Assembly: GCA_905178155.1 (NCBI GenBank) | Contig: CAJINV010000011.1 | Location: forward strand, 581,982-645,981 | Origin: Amoebophrya sp. A120 | Lineage: Eukaryota > Protista > Dinoflagellata | Direction: 5' to 3' | DNA length: 64,000 nt | Part shown: one piece after another, positions 37,940 to 49,873 of the stretch | Layout of the letters: each line of letters begins with the position of its first letter | How positions within the stretch are numbered: the stretch's first letter is position 1 | Notes under the pieces: generated by a model | Told to the model about the DNA's origin: nothing | What the model saw: only the letters and a program-made list of their open reading frames with translations | The model's database searches: none | Translations under genes and position numbers: made by a program

Positions 37940-39234
37940 TCAAGGGGACCGGAAGTAGCCGCCGGGGACCCATTCCCCCCCCCCCGCAAGAGCAGCAAAG
38001 GGGACCGGAACCAAGGGGACCACGTCGGAAATTGGATTTACCGGAAGTGCGCGACGAGTTGGAGAATATCCACTGCAAACATCCTGTCTGTGTGGGTCTG
38101 AAAGCTTGTGAAGCTGTCGTGGGTTGGCCAGGAATCAGAAACATCGGCGGCCATGCATGACAAGATTTTGGGCTGGTAGGTCTAATTGCCTGTTCAACAT
38201 CTACGTGCAGAACGAATAAAACGGCGCGCCCCATGCCATCATTTTGGGCAACGTGCGTGACAGCCTTGAAGGTCTTCTTCATGCTAGCCGATAATAGTAA
38301 GTGTTGCACTTATTCTTTTCCCGACCCAGACATCATGTTTGCATATGCATACAGGTGGAACCAGCGGCTTTGCTGCGTAGGAATTGATCATAGAAGCCCA
38401 CCGGTTCACCAACTGCTCGCTGCTAATATGCATGTTCCAAAGGTCACGGAAGTCACGGACAAAAGTGTCAAGCTGTGCGTGATTCCGCCATGGGGACTGA
38501 CGACCTGCAACCTTTTGGAGGCTAAGATGAGCCACCTGGTCATAAGGTTTGAATCTCCGCCACTTCATGGCTGTGCCGTGAGCCGTGAACCGCAAATGTG
38601 CCTGGTCGCGGTGGCCGTTGATCACGAGGGCGGCGAGAAAAGCTTTGTGCCCGAAACGCAAGGTTGGCGGATCAACAACTTTGTACCGCAAAGGGAGAGA
38701 AGGCGGCGTGGCGGACTTGTATTCCAACGTAATGCCAAAAGGACGGACCTGGTCGGGGCCGGGACGGGTCAGCGAAATGGGTGGCGAACGGATCAACGAA
38801 ATGGTCCAGTAAGCCGCTGGAAAATCGAACGATCCGCTCGTCGTCCGGTGCTTAAAGATATGCACGATAGTGCGGTCCTCGTTCTCGGAATTGTCCAAAA
38901 AGTAATACCACGGATGGGGGTCGGTCAAGTCATCCTTGAGTGACTCACGCAAGGATGAAAAAAGCAGGTTCTGTACCTCTTCTTCTCGCAGCTGCGGAGC
39001 TAAAGTGGCATCTATATTGAATGCCTCTCCAAGTCGTTTGACCTGATACTTCATCGTTGCCCCACGTAAGAAACCATGCTTGTTATACGCATCCTCGTAA
39101 TACGCAAGAAGTCCTTCCGCGCCCACATTCGTAACGGCTTCACGGTGTTCGGCGGTCCTGGACCGCAATGCGCTGACCACTGCCACCGTCGACAAGTGAC
39201 AAACGAGAGACATCGCAAGAAAACGCGCCGGCAT
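37940..39234 (-). CDS. Hypothetical protein with a possible N-terminal signal peptide; one introner
   Basis: 316-aa ORF with hydrophobic N-terminus; removing 38067-38351 gives LVPPA|TRRALPV...FRSP*. Confidence 0.55.
38067..38351. mobile_element. Introner, family A (old, TSD decayed)
   Basis: Diverged TIRs; flanks gagaa/caggt. Confidence 0.6.
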
Positions 39235-40638
39235 TTTCTTTGGTACAATGATGCGCGAGATGATCGATATGATGATAATGCTATGGATATCAATAGGAAC
39301 GAATCGTCCTAGATAAGATCTGACCCAGCTCCACTCGGTACGAAGATTCTACGTGTAGATGTTGGCCCTGGGCGGGTCAAGTGGGGAAATAAAGCCGAAT
39401 TACAATTCAAACAGAGTTGCGCTAAAAAGCGACGGCAAGAAGCACAGCTCCAATTGTCACAAGACCGCGCAGGTGTCGTACGTAATGATGTTGCCAGAAG
39501 TAGATGTGGTAGAAAGTGCTTGCTGTAGTTTGTTTGGTAGAAAGTGCTTGCTGTAGTTTGTATACTGTTTTCAAGCTTAAGAGCTAAGTTGGTGGCGGGA
39601 CGTCAAAGAGGGAACTGTTGCTGTGCGTTGTGAAAAGAGAATGCACTGCAGCCATCTTCTTCAAGTGCTACTAGATGGGCCGACTGACAAGAGATTACAA
39701 CTCCACTAAAAGAAATTGATCCCCGAAAAGTGCTTTTTCTGTTTCGTTGTTTCCATCAAATTCATCGTTTCACCGATATTGCAACATTTTCCTGAGTCGA
39801 TTTATCTCTCTTGTTTCAACATTTATTTTTACCGAGGAGAGAGATTCTGCTTAGTGCCTTCCGTCAAGGTCGCATTCATTTCGAAAAGGGCTCTTTCGTA
39901 TGATCTCCTCTATGATTTTTTTGTGAACTTCTTTCCATATTTCGAGCCACTCACATCAAAGATTTGTTTCCGCTGATCTCCTACATCTTTGGCCCAACCA
40001 TACCGAATAGCAATAGGAATAGACAAACCCAGAATGAAAGTAATAAACCAGGACGAAGAGCAACTAGAGCACTTTGATCATGCCTTCTTGACCAACATCA
40101 CGCATAGTCGGTAAGACGGGCCTGTGCCGACTCCACATGGTGGGTTCACGCATAGTCGGTAAGACGGGCAAGTACAAAAGGAAAAATCAATGCGGTTCTT
40201 TTTCAAGCAAATTGCTAGACAGCAGTGCATTTTGGCGCGGTAGAGCGAAAAACCTTCTTTATTTCGAGCGCTGATTCCCCAGCCAAGTGCGTACTTGTAG
40301 TAGTTTAGGTGCGCCAAATACAACTAGAGAACTCATCAGAAGTGCTACACCACTCACTTACAAACTGAGAACAAGTGATCAGGGCAACTACTTATATCGC
40401 CTGCTGTTGACGGAGGTTGCTCTAGGGGACGCAAGTAGAACACTTTCTTCTCTGCAAGAACTATGCCGTGTTTGTTGCCCCCGTAGATGGAATTGTTTAT
40501 CCTTTGTACTCAATTCCGAATTTCTGCACCTCATCTTCGAAGAATTTTGTTGCTTTGTGAGACGGTGAAACCAAAAACAGGCTGGTGTTGAGACTCTTCC
40601 TTCTTTTTCTAGGCTTCTTATGATTACACGACTGTGCG

Positions 40639-40868
40639 TATGAGAGTGCACAACCCCCCCCCCACGTCCCTCTCGTTCGCCATGCAAAAGTATACCATCT
40701 CCACACATTGCGTTGCCTCGTGGCACTTTTTGCATGACAAGTTCTAGCAGCCGAAACAGTGCGTACAATCCTGTGCAAAATTGTCATGCAAGACCTGCAC
40801 TGTTGGTGATGCTTGTATTGCTGCTCATGCCTTACACGCGAGGGGAGGGAGAGTTGTGCACTCTCATA
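40639..40868. mobile_element. Family C element outside any recognised CDS
   Basis: Perfect 16-bp TIR tatgagagtgcacaac; flanks gtgcg/gcgcc. Confidence 0.85.
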
Positions 40869-41740
40869 GCGCCTCAGAAAATTTTCATGCGAAGCGGTCG
40901 AGCACCAGATACTTATTTAAGTGGAATTTCGTGAAAGTCGTACATCTAAAAGGCCGTAGTACTGCTGCGAATGAAGATTTTTGAACATCGTTCTTGCAGC
41001 TATGCTAAAATCCGGAGGAAAGTTACTCTATCGACAAAACAGAGATGTTATATTCTACTTTAATAACCTGCGCGAAAGGGAAACGGTTCATGCGATCAGA
41101 TTTTTCATGTTCGATGAGATGAGTATGTTTTTTCGAAATAAAAGCTCGTCACTTTGTACACCTCTGCCGCCGGGAAAGATCCCGGGCGATGCAGACTGTG
41201 ACAGCTTTTTGACTGTACACGTCGATGTTTTTTTACGATCAGCTGTTTTAGTGATATTGCATAATTCCTGGTGGGAGTTGTTATCCTTACTAGACGAAAA
41301 ATTTTTTGTTGACATGTTATTATGCAGGATGATTTTATAGCTTGTCGTGATGAAACATGAAAATCCAGTAGTGCACTTCACTACATTTAGAGCTTTTATA
41401 ATACACTTTGCGGTTAATACTAACGTCATGCTGTAATTACTGTAGCAGTAAAAAAAGAAAATGACGGATTTTTACAAATTTGATTATCACTATTGTACAC
41501 GAAAAAAGTTCATAGCATATCGGCTTTCTATGTATACTGTAAATCAGATACCGCCTCTGCAAAACCTCCTGCTCCGACTTTTGTCTAGTGATACCACTAG
41601 CAATTTATTTTCAAGTCGAGACACAAGGGCTTAGAAATAACGCAGTCGATACACTGCGGGACGCCATAATTTCTTGTTTTACTGTAGTTCATCTTACGGA
41701 ACAAAGTCATAATAGTACTTATCCGGCGACCCATGCAGAC

Positions 41741-44700
41741 TTACGCCTGCACGTTGGCCATGGGGAACATGATGCACTTGACCTCGGTAAAGTTTTCCAG
41801 CGCGTATTCGGACTTTTCGCGACCCCACGCATATCCCACAGAAAGAAGCAGATGAAAGAGCGTATTTGTAAAATGCAAGTATAGAATGTACTTTACTTAG
41901 TTCTTGTGCATCCTAAAAAAACACAGCATGCTGACGGCTCGCCCATGACAGATTTTTATTTTCTGTCAGTTACTTTTTGCATCACAAGCATGCCCCGCCT
42001 GCTTTTTTTCTGTACGATAACCCGGACTCCTTGTAGCCGCCAAAGGGCACCGCGGCGTCAAATATGCATTGCAAATATGCCTGGGTCTGGAAGATTGCCA
42101 GGTTTGTTATGCATATTTTGCATGACCAATGACGCCTGTAATGCATGCCCTAGCATCCCAGATTTTTAGAAGTCTTCCTGATGCTTTTTCCGCATGAGAA
42201 ATGCCCTCCCCGTGTAGCACAAACTGGACTCCTTCTGCTAGTCACGCAATACCGATTTTTTTGGAATCCAAAGACAGCATCACAAGTTACCACCTTCCAG
42301 ACCCAGACAATGACAATTTTGCACTTGATATCAAAGTTGTCGTAGCAGTTGATCCACACGGTTCCGTATGAATTGCAAAAATACTTCTTTAGTCGCACCC
42401 GTACTCAATATGCAGACACGCATGACAAACACAAATCTTCTTCTCAAGGTGAAACAGCCTTACAAATTGCATTCGTCATGCTGAGCTACTTAATTTGTAA
42501 AATACTGAGCTACTTAATTCGTAATATACTACGTACGACTACACTTTTGCACTGCATATTCCGGCCTCCAACCGGCGCGCAATGCCCATCGCCTTCCCAA
42601 TGTCCGTGCAGCACACGCCCGCAGCCAGTCCGTAGTGCGTGCGATTGGCGCGGGTCACGGCGTACTTTATCCTCCGCAAAATTGTCCCCACCCCATACTT
42701 GGAATAAACTCTGCAACACAAATCGAGAAGTTTTGGGAAGCGGGCCTGCCAAGATTCTCCCTGTGTTGCTGTGCAGGTTAGCAAGGACAGCCGTAAATCT
42801 TCACAAAGCCGTCTCCCTAGCCTGCTTAGAGCATTGGATTGCAAACACCAAAACAACTGCCATGGAGGGGATGCGCATCTTCACATATGCTCCTGTAATT
42901 GCGAACCTGCATGACAACTCTGGGATTGTGGGGACGTTTTTACACTGGATATCCTGCGAAGATTATTTTAACATCATGCAGAGCAATACCATGAATGTGT
43001 TTTTCAAGGTTCTTGCACGAAACTTGAATCCAGACTCTCAGGCCGTACGCTTAACTCGTGCAGCGCTTGAGTCGTGCGCTTAAGCCGTGCGCTTAGGTCG
43101 TGCGCTTAAGTCGTGCGCTTAAGTCGTGCGCTTAAGCCGTGCGCTTAAGTCGTGCAGCGCTCCTGCCAACTTAAGCCGTGCGGCGGTTAAGTCGTGCAGC
43201 GGTGGAGCCATTCGCTTGGTTCGAAACCTCCTAACTCGTGCGGCGATAGAGTCGTGCGATTGAGTCGCTCAGCAGCGCTCTTAAGTCGTGCGCCTAAAAA
43301 CCCGTACAGCGGTTCAGTTGTGCGCTTGTTGACTCGTCCGATGGTTAAGTACTTAAGTCGTGCGCTGAACTCGTGCAGCGCTTATTAAAAAGCCGCGTGT
43401 AACTACTTAACGTTTAAGAAGTCGTGTGCCTAACAACTCGTGCGCTTTTACTGGTGTTGCACTGATAGGAGCGTGAAGAAGAGCGTAAGTACTTCTCATC
43501 AAAAGCTTAGTACCTCGATGCTGGAATACTTCTGCAGCTGCATGACCGGGCCAAAAATTTCTTCCTTCGCGATGGTCATGTCGTCCGTGACATCGCCAAA
43601 CACCGTGGGCTATCAAATGCAAATATGTCTGGAAGAGTGCAAGTTTGTCATGCAGCTTGTCTGGCATGAGTCTTAAATCTGTGACGTCGATGAGCAGGGA
43701 AAGGACCTCTTTCCTGTCATGCGAAAACGCAGTTTGTCATGCGAAAAACGAAACACACAGCACCGCAAAAACTTGCCATGCTGGGCTGCATATTCTTGTA
43801 GTGTCTTCCCACCACTCACAGATTTGCATCACAAGTTCTTTCCAGACGACCCAGACATATTTGCATTTGATATGGGCTTGATGAAGTAGCCACAGTCGCC
43901 ACGTCGCTCCCCGCCGGTGAGACACTTGGCGCCCTGCTCCTTTCCCCCCGCAATGTAGTTCAAAATCCTGTCAAACTGAATCTTGTCCACCTGGGGACCC
44001 TGCTCGCACCCCTCCTTGGTACCCATGGTGACCTGCTCCGCGCGCGCCACGCACTTCGCCGCGAACGCGTCGTAAATCGACTCGTGCACGAGAATGCGGG
44101 AGCTGGCGCAGCAGCACTGGCCCTGGTTCAGGAACAACCCGACGTGCGCCACCGCGGCCGCCTGGTCCAGGTCCGCATCCTCTACCACACAGAAAAAAGC
44201 AGGCAGGCCACATTTGTAATGCCAAAACAAATACACAAAAAAATTAGTATTGCATATCCTAAACAGCTATATGTTATGGGGCCGCCTGTCATGACAAATC
44301 TTTCTGTGTATCTATTTTTGCATTACAAATAATATGGCCCGGTGCCTGCTTTTTTCTCTAGGGTATCCTCCGTGATGATCAAGGAAGACTTTCCGCCCAG
44401 CTCTATCCTTAGTAAAAATGTCCCCACCCCAGAGTTGTCATGTTGGAATGCAGATTTGCGATGACAGGAATACTTGTAATGCGCATCTCCATGAGAGGCA
44501 TTACCAGTCGCGTTTTGAAATTTGTAATGCTGCAAACAGGATAAGAAGATGGATTTGTGACGCGGTTTTCCTTGCTAACATGCACTACACTACGGACTGC
44601 AACTTGTCATGCGTGGCTCCCAAAACTTCTGGATTTGTGTTGCTAAGTCCCCAACTTGACTCTGGTGTGGGGACGTTTTTACTCAGGATAAGCTCGAGCG

Positions 44701-46484
44701 TCACCTTCTTCAAGTTGCCCTGGCCCGACATCTCCACGATCTTGTGGCCCACCAGCGAGGACCCGGTGAAGCAGATCTTGGCAATGTCCGGGTGCTTCAC
44801 GATGGCGTCGCCGCACCCCGGTCCATACCCGGAAATCACGTTCAACACTCCCGGCGGGAAGCCCGCCTGCTTCGCCAGGTCGCACATCATCAAGGCGGTC
44901 AACGGGGTCTTCTATCCCATGTAAAAACGTCCCCACCGCTCCATGGTTGTGTGTCATGCAGAATTGCATCTACAGGGAGATCGAGAATTGTCGCGCGCAT
45001 CCCCATGAGAGGCACTTTTAGTCGTGCTTCAGAATTTGTGATGCTGTAAACAGGATGAGAAGATGGATTTGTGATGCGGTCCTCGTCCTTGCTAACCTGC
45101 ACCACAATTACGCTGAGATAAAAACTTGTCATGCGTGACTCCCAATAAAACTTCTGCATTTGTGTTGCAGATTTCCCATCTTGACTCTGCGGCGAGGGCG
45201 TAGTTTTTGCTCAGGATATCTTCTCCGAGGACTTCATCACGCAGGTGCAGCTATCAAATGCAAAAATGTCGAAACTTGTGACGCTGCGTTGGGAATAGGG
45301 AATGCCCTGCAATGCACAACCAAGCATGAGAAATATCGTCGCTTCTTTGTGGTGCGTTTTTGCATGACAGGCCTAAGGGTCTCTTCTTGGACACGCATCA
45401 CAAACTTTTTGGTCATCCCAGACAAGCATGACAAATCTCGCAGTCTTCCAGACCCAGACAGTTTTGCATTTGATAGCAGCCCGCCGCGAGCAGCGGACCC
45501 CACTTCCACGCCAGCATCAGGATGGGAAAGTTCCTATCAAATGTAAAAATGTCTGGGTCTGGAAGAGTCATGCTGTTTCTGCATGACACAGCAGGTCTGG
45601 CATGGAAGCTCTAGCATCACAGGTTTCGAGAAGCTTCCGCAATGCCGAACCTGCATGACAAATCCCCCACTTTGGTGACAGAAAGTGGGCAGCTTTTGCT
45701 ACCCATGCATGAGAGATTTTTGTGTGTTCTGAAATGCGCATGACAAGTTGCATTCTTCCAGACCCAGACATTTTTACATTTGATAGTTCCACGGGATCAC
45801 GCAACCCACCACGCCCACCGGCTCGTTATGAGAGTGCACAATCCCCCCTTCCCTCTCATTTGTATAGCAGGAGCGGCAATACAAGCGTCAGCAAGAATGC
45901 AGGTTTTGCATGACAAATTTGCACAGGATTGCAATGCTATTTGGGCTACCAGAACTTGTCATGCAAACAATGCCAAGACGAGGTATAGCTATAGCCTGGC
46001 ATTCTTGGTGTTTTGCATTACAAATGAGGAGGAGGCGGAGTTGTGCACTCTCATACTCGTGGACCGTCATCGCGAAGGTGTGCGGGTCCTCCGTCGGAAT
46101 GGTCTTCCCGCACATGCCCTTGTCCGCGAACCCCGCGTAGTACCGGAAGTGCTGGATGGCCAGTTGAATGTCCACATTCCGGGCGGTCGAAACTGGCTTG
46201 CCGTTGTCCAGCGACTCAACTTCGGCCATCTGCTGCTTGTTCTGCTCGAGCAGGTCGGCGAGCTTCAACATCATGTCGCGCCGGGCCGGTCCCCCGCAGT
46301 CGCGCCAGGTAAAGAAGGCCTGCTTCGCGGCCGCCACCGCCTTGTCGACATCGGCCGCCGTGCCCTTCGCCACCGAGGCGATCACCTTCTCGGTGGAGGG
46401 GTCGATGGTGTCGAAGGTGCCGCCATCGCTGGCGTCGCACCACTCGTTATTGATGAAATGCTGCGTGCGGATCTCCAACGGCAT
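41741..46484 (-). CDS. NAD(P)+-dependent aldehyde dehydrogenase (ALDH1/2-like); 11 introners plus one GT-AG intron
   Basis: Reconstructed motifs: [76 protein letters not shown]; stop TAA at 41743-41741. Confidence 0.97.
41832..42019. mobile_element. Introner, family G
   Basis: TIRs; flanks acgca/acccg; splits ESG|WGRE. Confidence 0.85.
42063..42330. mobile_element. Introner, family A
   Basis: TIRs; perfect TSD tcaaa. Confidence 0.9.
42367..42558. mobile_element. Introner, family F
   Basis: TIRs; perfect TSD ttccg. Confidence 0.9.
42668..42951. mobile_element. Introner, family B, adjacent to a canonical acceptor
   Basis: TIRs; flanks tactt/tcctg. Confidence 0.85.
42954..43513 (-). other. 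Canonical GT-AG intron of the ALDH gene
   Basis: GAG|GTACTAAG ... TTCGCAG. Confidence 0.8.
43040..43445. repeat. Intronic minisatellite, unit about 13 bp (CTTAAGTCGTGCG)
   Basis: Many tandem degenerate copies. Confidence 0.9.
43611..43872. mobile_element. Introner, family A
   Basis: TIRs; perfect TSD tgggc. Confidence 0.92.
44183..44365. mobile_element. Introner, family G
   Basis: TIRs start TACC; perfect TSD tcctc. Confidence 0.92.
44404..44690. mobile_element. Introner, family B
   Basis: TIRs; perfect TSD agctc; splits the catalytic LEL|GGKS motif. Confidence 0.95.
44913..45218. mobile_element. Introner, family B
   Basis: TIRs; perfect TSD tcttc. Confidence 0.92.
45252..45475. mobile_element. 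Introner, family A
   Basis: TIRs; perfect TSD gcagc. Confidence 0.92.
45535..45785. mobile_element. Introner, family A
   Basis: 32-bp perfect TIR; perfect TSD gttcc; splits PWN|FP. Confidence 0.95.
45827..46055. mobile_element. Introner, family C
   Basis: 15-bp perfect TIR; perfect TSD ctcgt; splits VHE|PVG. Confidence 0.95.
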
Positions 46485-47529
46485 CCTGATAACTGGGGCG
46501 CTTTGCTTCTTTTAGAAACAACAGCGATTTTCTATCTGTTGGATTTTTTTCTTTTTTTATGTTGTTTTTTCGATGGATCTTCACGTCGTGTTCGAGATAG
46601 TTAGAAGAACCGTTATTGCGCTGACGAGCTTTCAGACCAACTGATGAGAAAGCGAGCTTCTTGGCGTAGTTTTTCCTTTTTAGGTACTTATTTGTTCGAG
46701 CAAATAAATCAGGAATTTGATAAAAAATTCCGACTCAGGTGTGTAATCTTGCAGTGGAGGTTTAGTTTGGAAAATTGTTGAGCTACCGGGGTGCCCTTGT
46801 ATCACCTGCGTTATTGCGAGTGGGTGGATCCATATTTAGCGAGTTATATATCAGGTGATCTACGTGCTGACCGACGTTGCGTGACAAAAATGCGAGGCTA
46901 AAATTCAGTTTGTCTCTCCACATGAGCTCTCAAAATTTTTTATCGGCCGTTCCTGCAACGTTACGGAGCCGGTGCTCCGTTCATGGGCTATAATGATCCG
47001 TACCGAAATACGGCCGCGTGTAGCAGTACAGCAGGAGGATTGCACATAACGCTCGGCTCGAAAACTGATGAATTTATTCTGTTCGGCGCTGTCGCCTTAG
47101 AATGTCCTTTTGCGACCTTGTAGTCTCATTAGTGCCTGGATCGGTATTCTATCACTTGCTGTTGTTGATTGAAACGACATCGCTGCTGAAGAGGAAGATG
47201 AAGATGATGAAGATGATGTAGCTCGAGCTGAAAATAAAGAAGAAGAAGAAGATGATGATGATGATGCGGCTCGAAAACTAAACTGAGAATCGCGGGACCG
47301 GAGAGTACTCTTGCCAGGAGATCTTTGTTGGCGCGAAGGGACTCGCGGCGGCCCCGTGCGGCGCGCAGTTCTGGTGCACCTTCATATTCTACCGACACTT
47401 ACGCCGTATTTTACACGCGGCGGTCGGAGACGTGCCGGCGTGCACGCAAGGTGAGAAGTGGCATGGCCACGCCTGTTTCACGGCGGACGCTGCAGTACTT
47501 CGCGCATGCGCGCAGCGCCAAGCTCTCGA

Positions 47530-47640
47530 CCGGGCGGGGGCCGGACCGGGTGGCAGGGCGGGGGCCGGACCGGGTGGCCGGGCGGGGGCCGGACCGGGTG
47601 GCAGGGCGGGGGGCGGACCGGCGGGGGCAGGACTGGGTGG
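47530..47640. repeat. GC-rich 24-bp tandem repeat (GGGCGGGGGCCGGACCGGGTGGCA)
   Basis: Three to four tandem copies, G-run rich. Confidence 0.85.
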
Positions 47641-48590
47641 CCAGCGCAAAATGCCGCACGTTGACTCACCACAGGCACACAATCTCGCACAGCGCCCAGA
47701 CAAAGTAGTAAAATATGGCACGGCGGCTGTTCAAAGTAGCAGAATACGGTCTCTTGCCCAGTCAAAGTCGGAAAATCTGGCACATTACCGGGTCAAAGTA
47801 GCAAAATCCGAGGCGTTGACCGGTCAACTTCGCAAAATCTGGCACGTTCAACGGCCAAAGTTGCAAAATCTGGCATCTTGAGCAGTCAAACTCACAAAAT
47901 GTTGGATGTTGAAAAATTGCAGTTGCAAGATCTGCCACGTTCAATGGCAAAAGTTGCACAATTTGGCATCTTAAACGGCCAAAACCGCAAAAACATCGCA
48001 AAGCATTGCCTATTCACTACAAAAATTTGGAAAATCCTATGTGTTAACCGGTAAAAATTGCAAAATCTTGCTTATTGACCACCAAAACTTGGAAAATGTG
48101 GCGGCTTGACTGATCAAAATCGAAAAATCTTGGTAATTGACAAGCCAGAATCAAAAATTATGGGCATTTTACCGGCAAAACGTGCAAAATATTGGAGAAA
48201 ATTGCAAAATATAGCAAATTCATTGGCTCAAGTGGGAAAATCTGGCACATTGGCCGCCGAAAATTGAAAAATATTCCACATCAACTGGCCAAACTTGTAA
48301 AATAATACATATTAAGTGGCGAAAATCCTGAAATTTTGCGCACTTATCAACCAAAGTTGTGCAATTTTGCACCAAACGTGGCCAAAGTTGCAAAGTCTTA
48401 CGCGCTAACTCGCCAGGGTTGCAACATTTTGCAAATTTACCAGCTAAACTCCGAAAATTGTTCAGAGTCAAAGACAAAAGTTAAGCAATATTGCATAAAA
48501 AAGGCAAGAGCGTTGTAATGTTGCACAAGTTCACTGAAAAAATGTGAAATCTTGCTGATTGACTTGCCAAAATCGCAAAGCCCTCAACTC
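47640..48590. repeat. Degenerate satellite with a period of about 33 bp (CAAAGTTGCAAAATCTGGCAC.TTGACCGGT)
   Basis: Recurrent gcaaaatctggca and aaagttgca motifs at regular spacing. Confidence 0.7.
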
Positions 48591-49873
48591 GCGACCGTCG
48601 GGGGCCCTCACTGAGTATGATGCAACGACCTGCCTCCTCGATGAAGGCCGGTGGCAGTGCAAAGACCCCCTCCTACATTTCGCTCCATGACCGCGCGCGC
48701 TCGGGTAGCGACCTGTCAAAGCAGACCCGACGGGGTCGGTTTCCCCCCCCCCCCCCTCCTTTCCGTCCGCGCACAAGCCGCGAAGCAAGCGGAGCGCGGC
48801 CATATGACTGCGACCATCGTCTTCATCCATGGCCCCGGACGCCCTTCCCCCCGGTCCAGTTCGGAAGGGGGCCCTGACGGCGCCGCGGCGCCTTCCTCGG
48901 GCGGCGCGCGTTCGCGCTACGATTCCAGCCGCCGGGCTGGGTCCGGGCTTAGGGACCCCGGGCCGAAGGATGTTGCTCGCTCCGCCAGCGGTGCTGCGGC
49001 GATCGGTATTTCGGGGCGAGGCGCCCGGGCCGTGCTTCGGGCACTGTCAAAAGAAAACGCGGAAACCGCACCCCGGGAGTGCAGTCACAGCGGCGCCCGG
49101 GCGCCCGGGAATCGGGGCAGCCGCGACCGCACCCTCTCGCCCGCTGCTTTGCGACGGTAAAAATTAGTCGCCCGTGCTACAACCGCTGTGCATCGGGAGA
49201 ATAAACCTATCACCAATATCCTACTGCGTCCAATACTAACTAAGGTGCGCGTCGTGGTCCTCATTGAGAAGCTTTTCAACCTTCAAAATTTGGCGTGTCT
49301 GGTCATTGAAATTTTGAACGAAGTTCCGTGGCTCAGCGCGATGAGAAGTCAAGTGAGTGAAAACAGATCCTGACGCACCGCTAGATCCGTTCTACTACCC
49401 AACCACATTCTCAAACACAAACTTGAGCAGCAACAGGGCACGCCGTAGTCTTAAATTGTGCTTCTCGAAGATGGAGTGAGCGTCTCTGTAAAAATTGTTC
49501 CAACGCTACCGCATATGATACTACGAGGGACTACGCGTCGTGCTCCTGTACCCACGGAAGAAAACTACACATGGCAGCATATCAATTTCGCGCCCGAACT
49601 ACGGAAATCGTCGGCCGCCGCCGAGCACGTGGCGCAGAAGAATCCGGGCATTTTTCTCGCTGTCCCGCGGTCGCTTTAACACCAGCACTACTTTGTCGAG
49701 GATTTTTACGCACCGCAGAACCCTTTCGTATCAACCTGCCGAAGAACTACTACCCGCGACGCCGAACCCCCTGGGGCATCGCCACAGAACTCGCGTGTTC
49801 TACTGCGACGCGCTTGTAGCCCGGCGCGCCGAGTAGTGTAAAGCCCGGCCGCGGGGGCGACCAGGTCATAAGT

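Noticed and set aside
41741-46484. ALDH pseudogene destroyed by MITE insertions
   Set aside because: The exons carry no stops or frameshifts and keep the catalytic residues after removal of all 11 elements, which is unlikely for a dead gene.
47129-48830. ORFs with leucine-rich-repeat-like or Gly/Pro-rich periodicity
   Set aside because: They derive from the 24-bp and 33-bp tandem repeats and are interrupted by stops in all frames.
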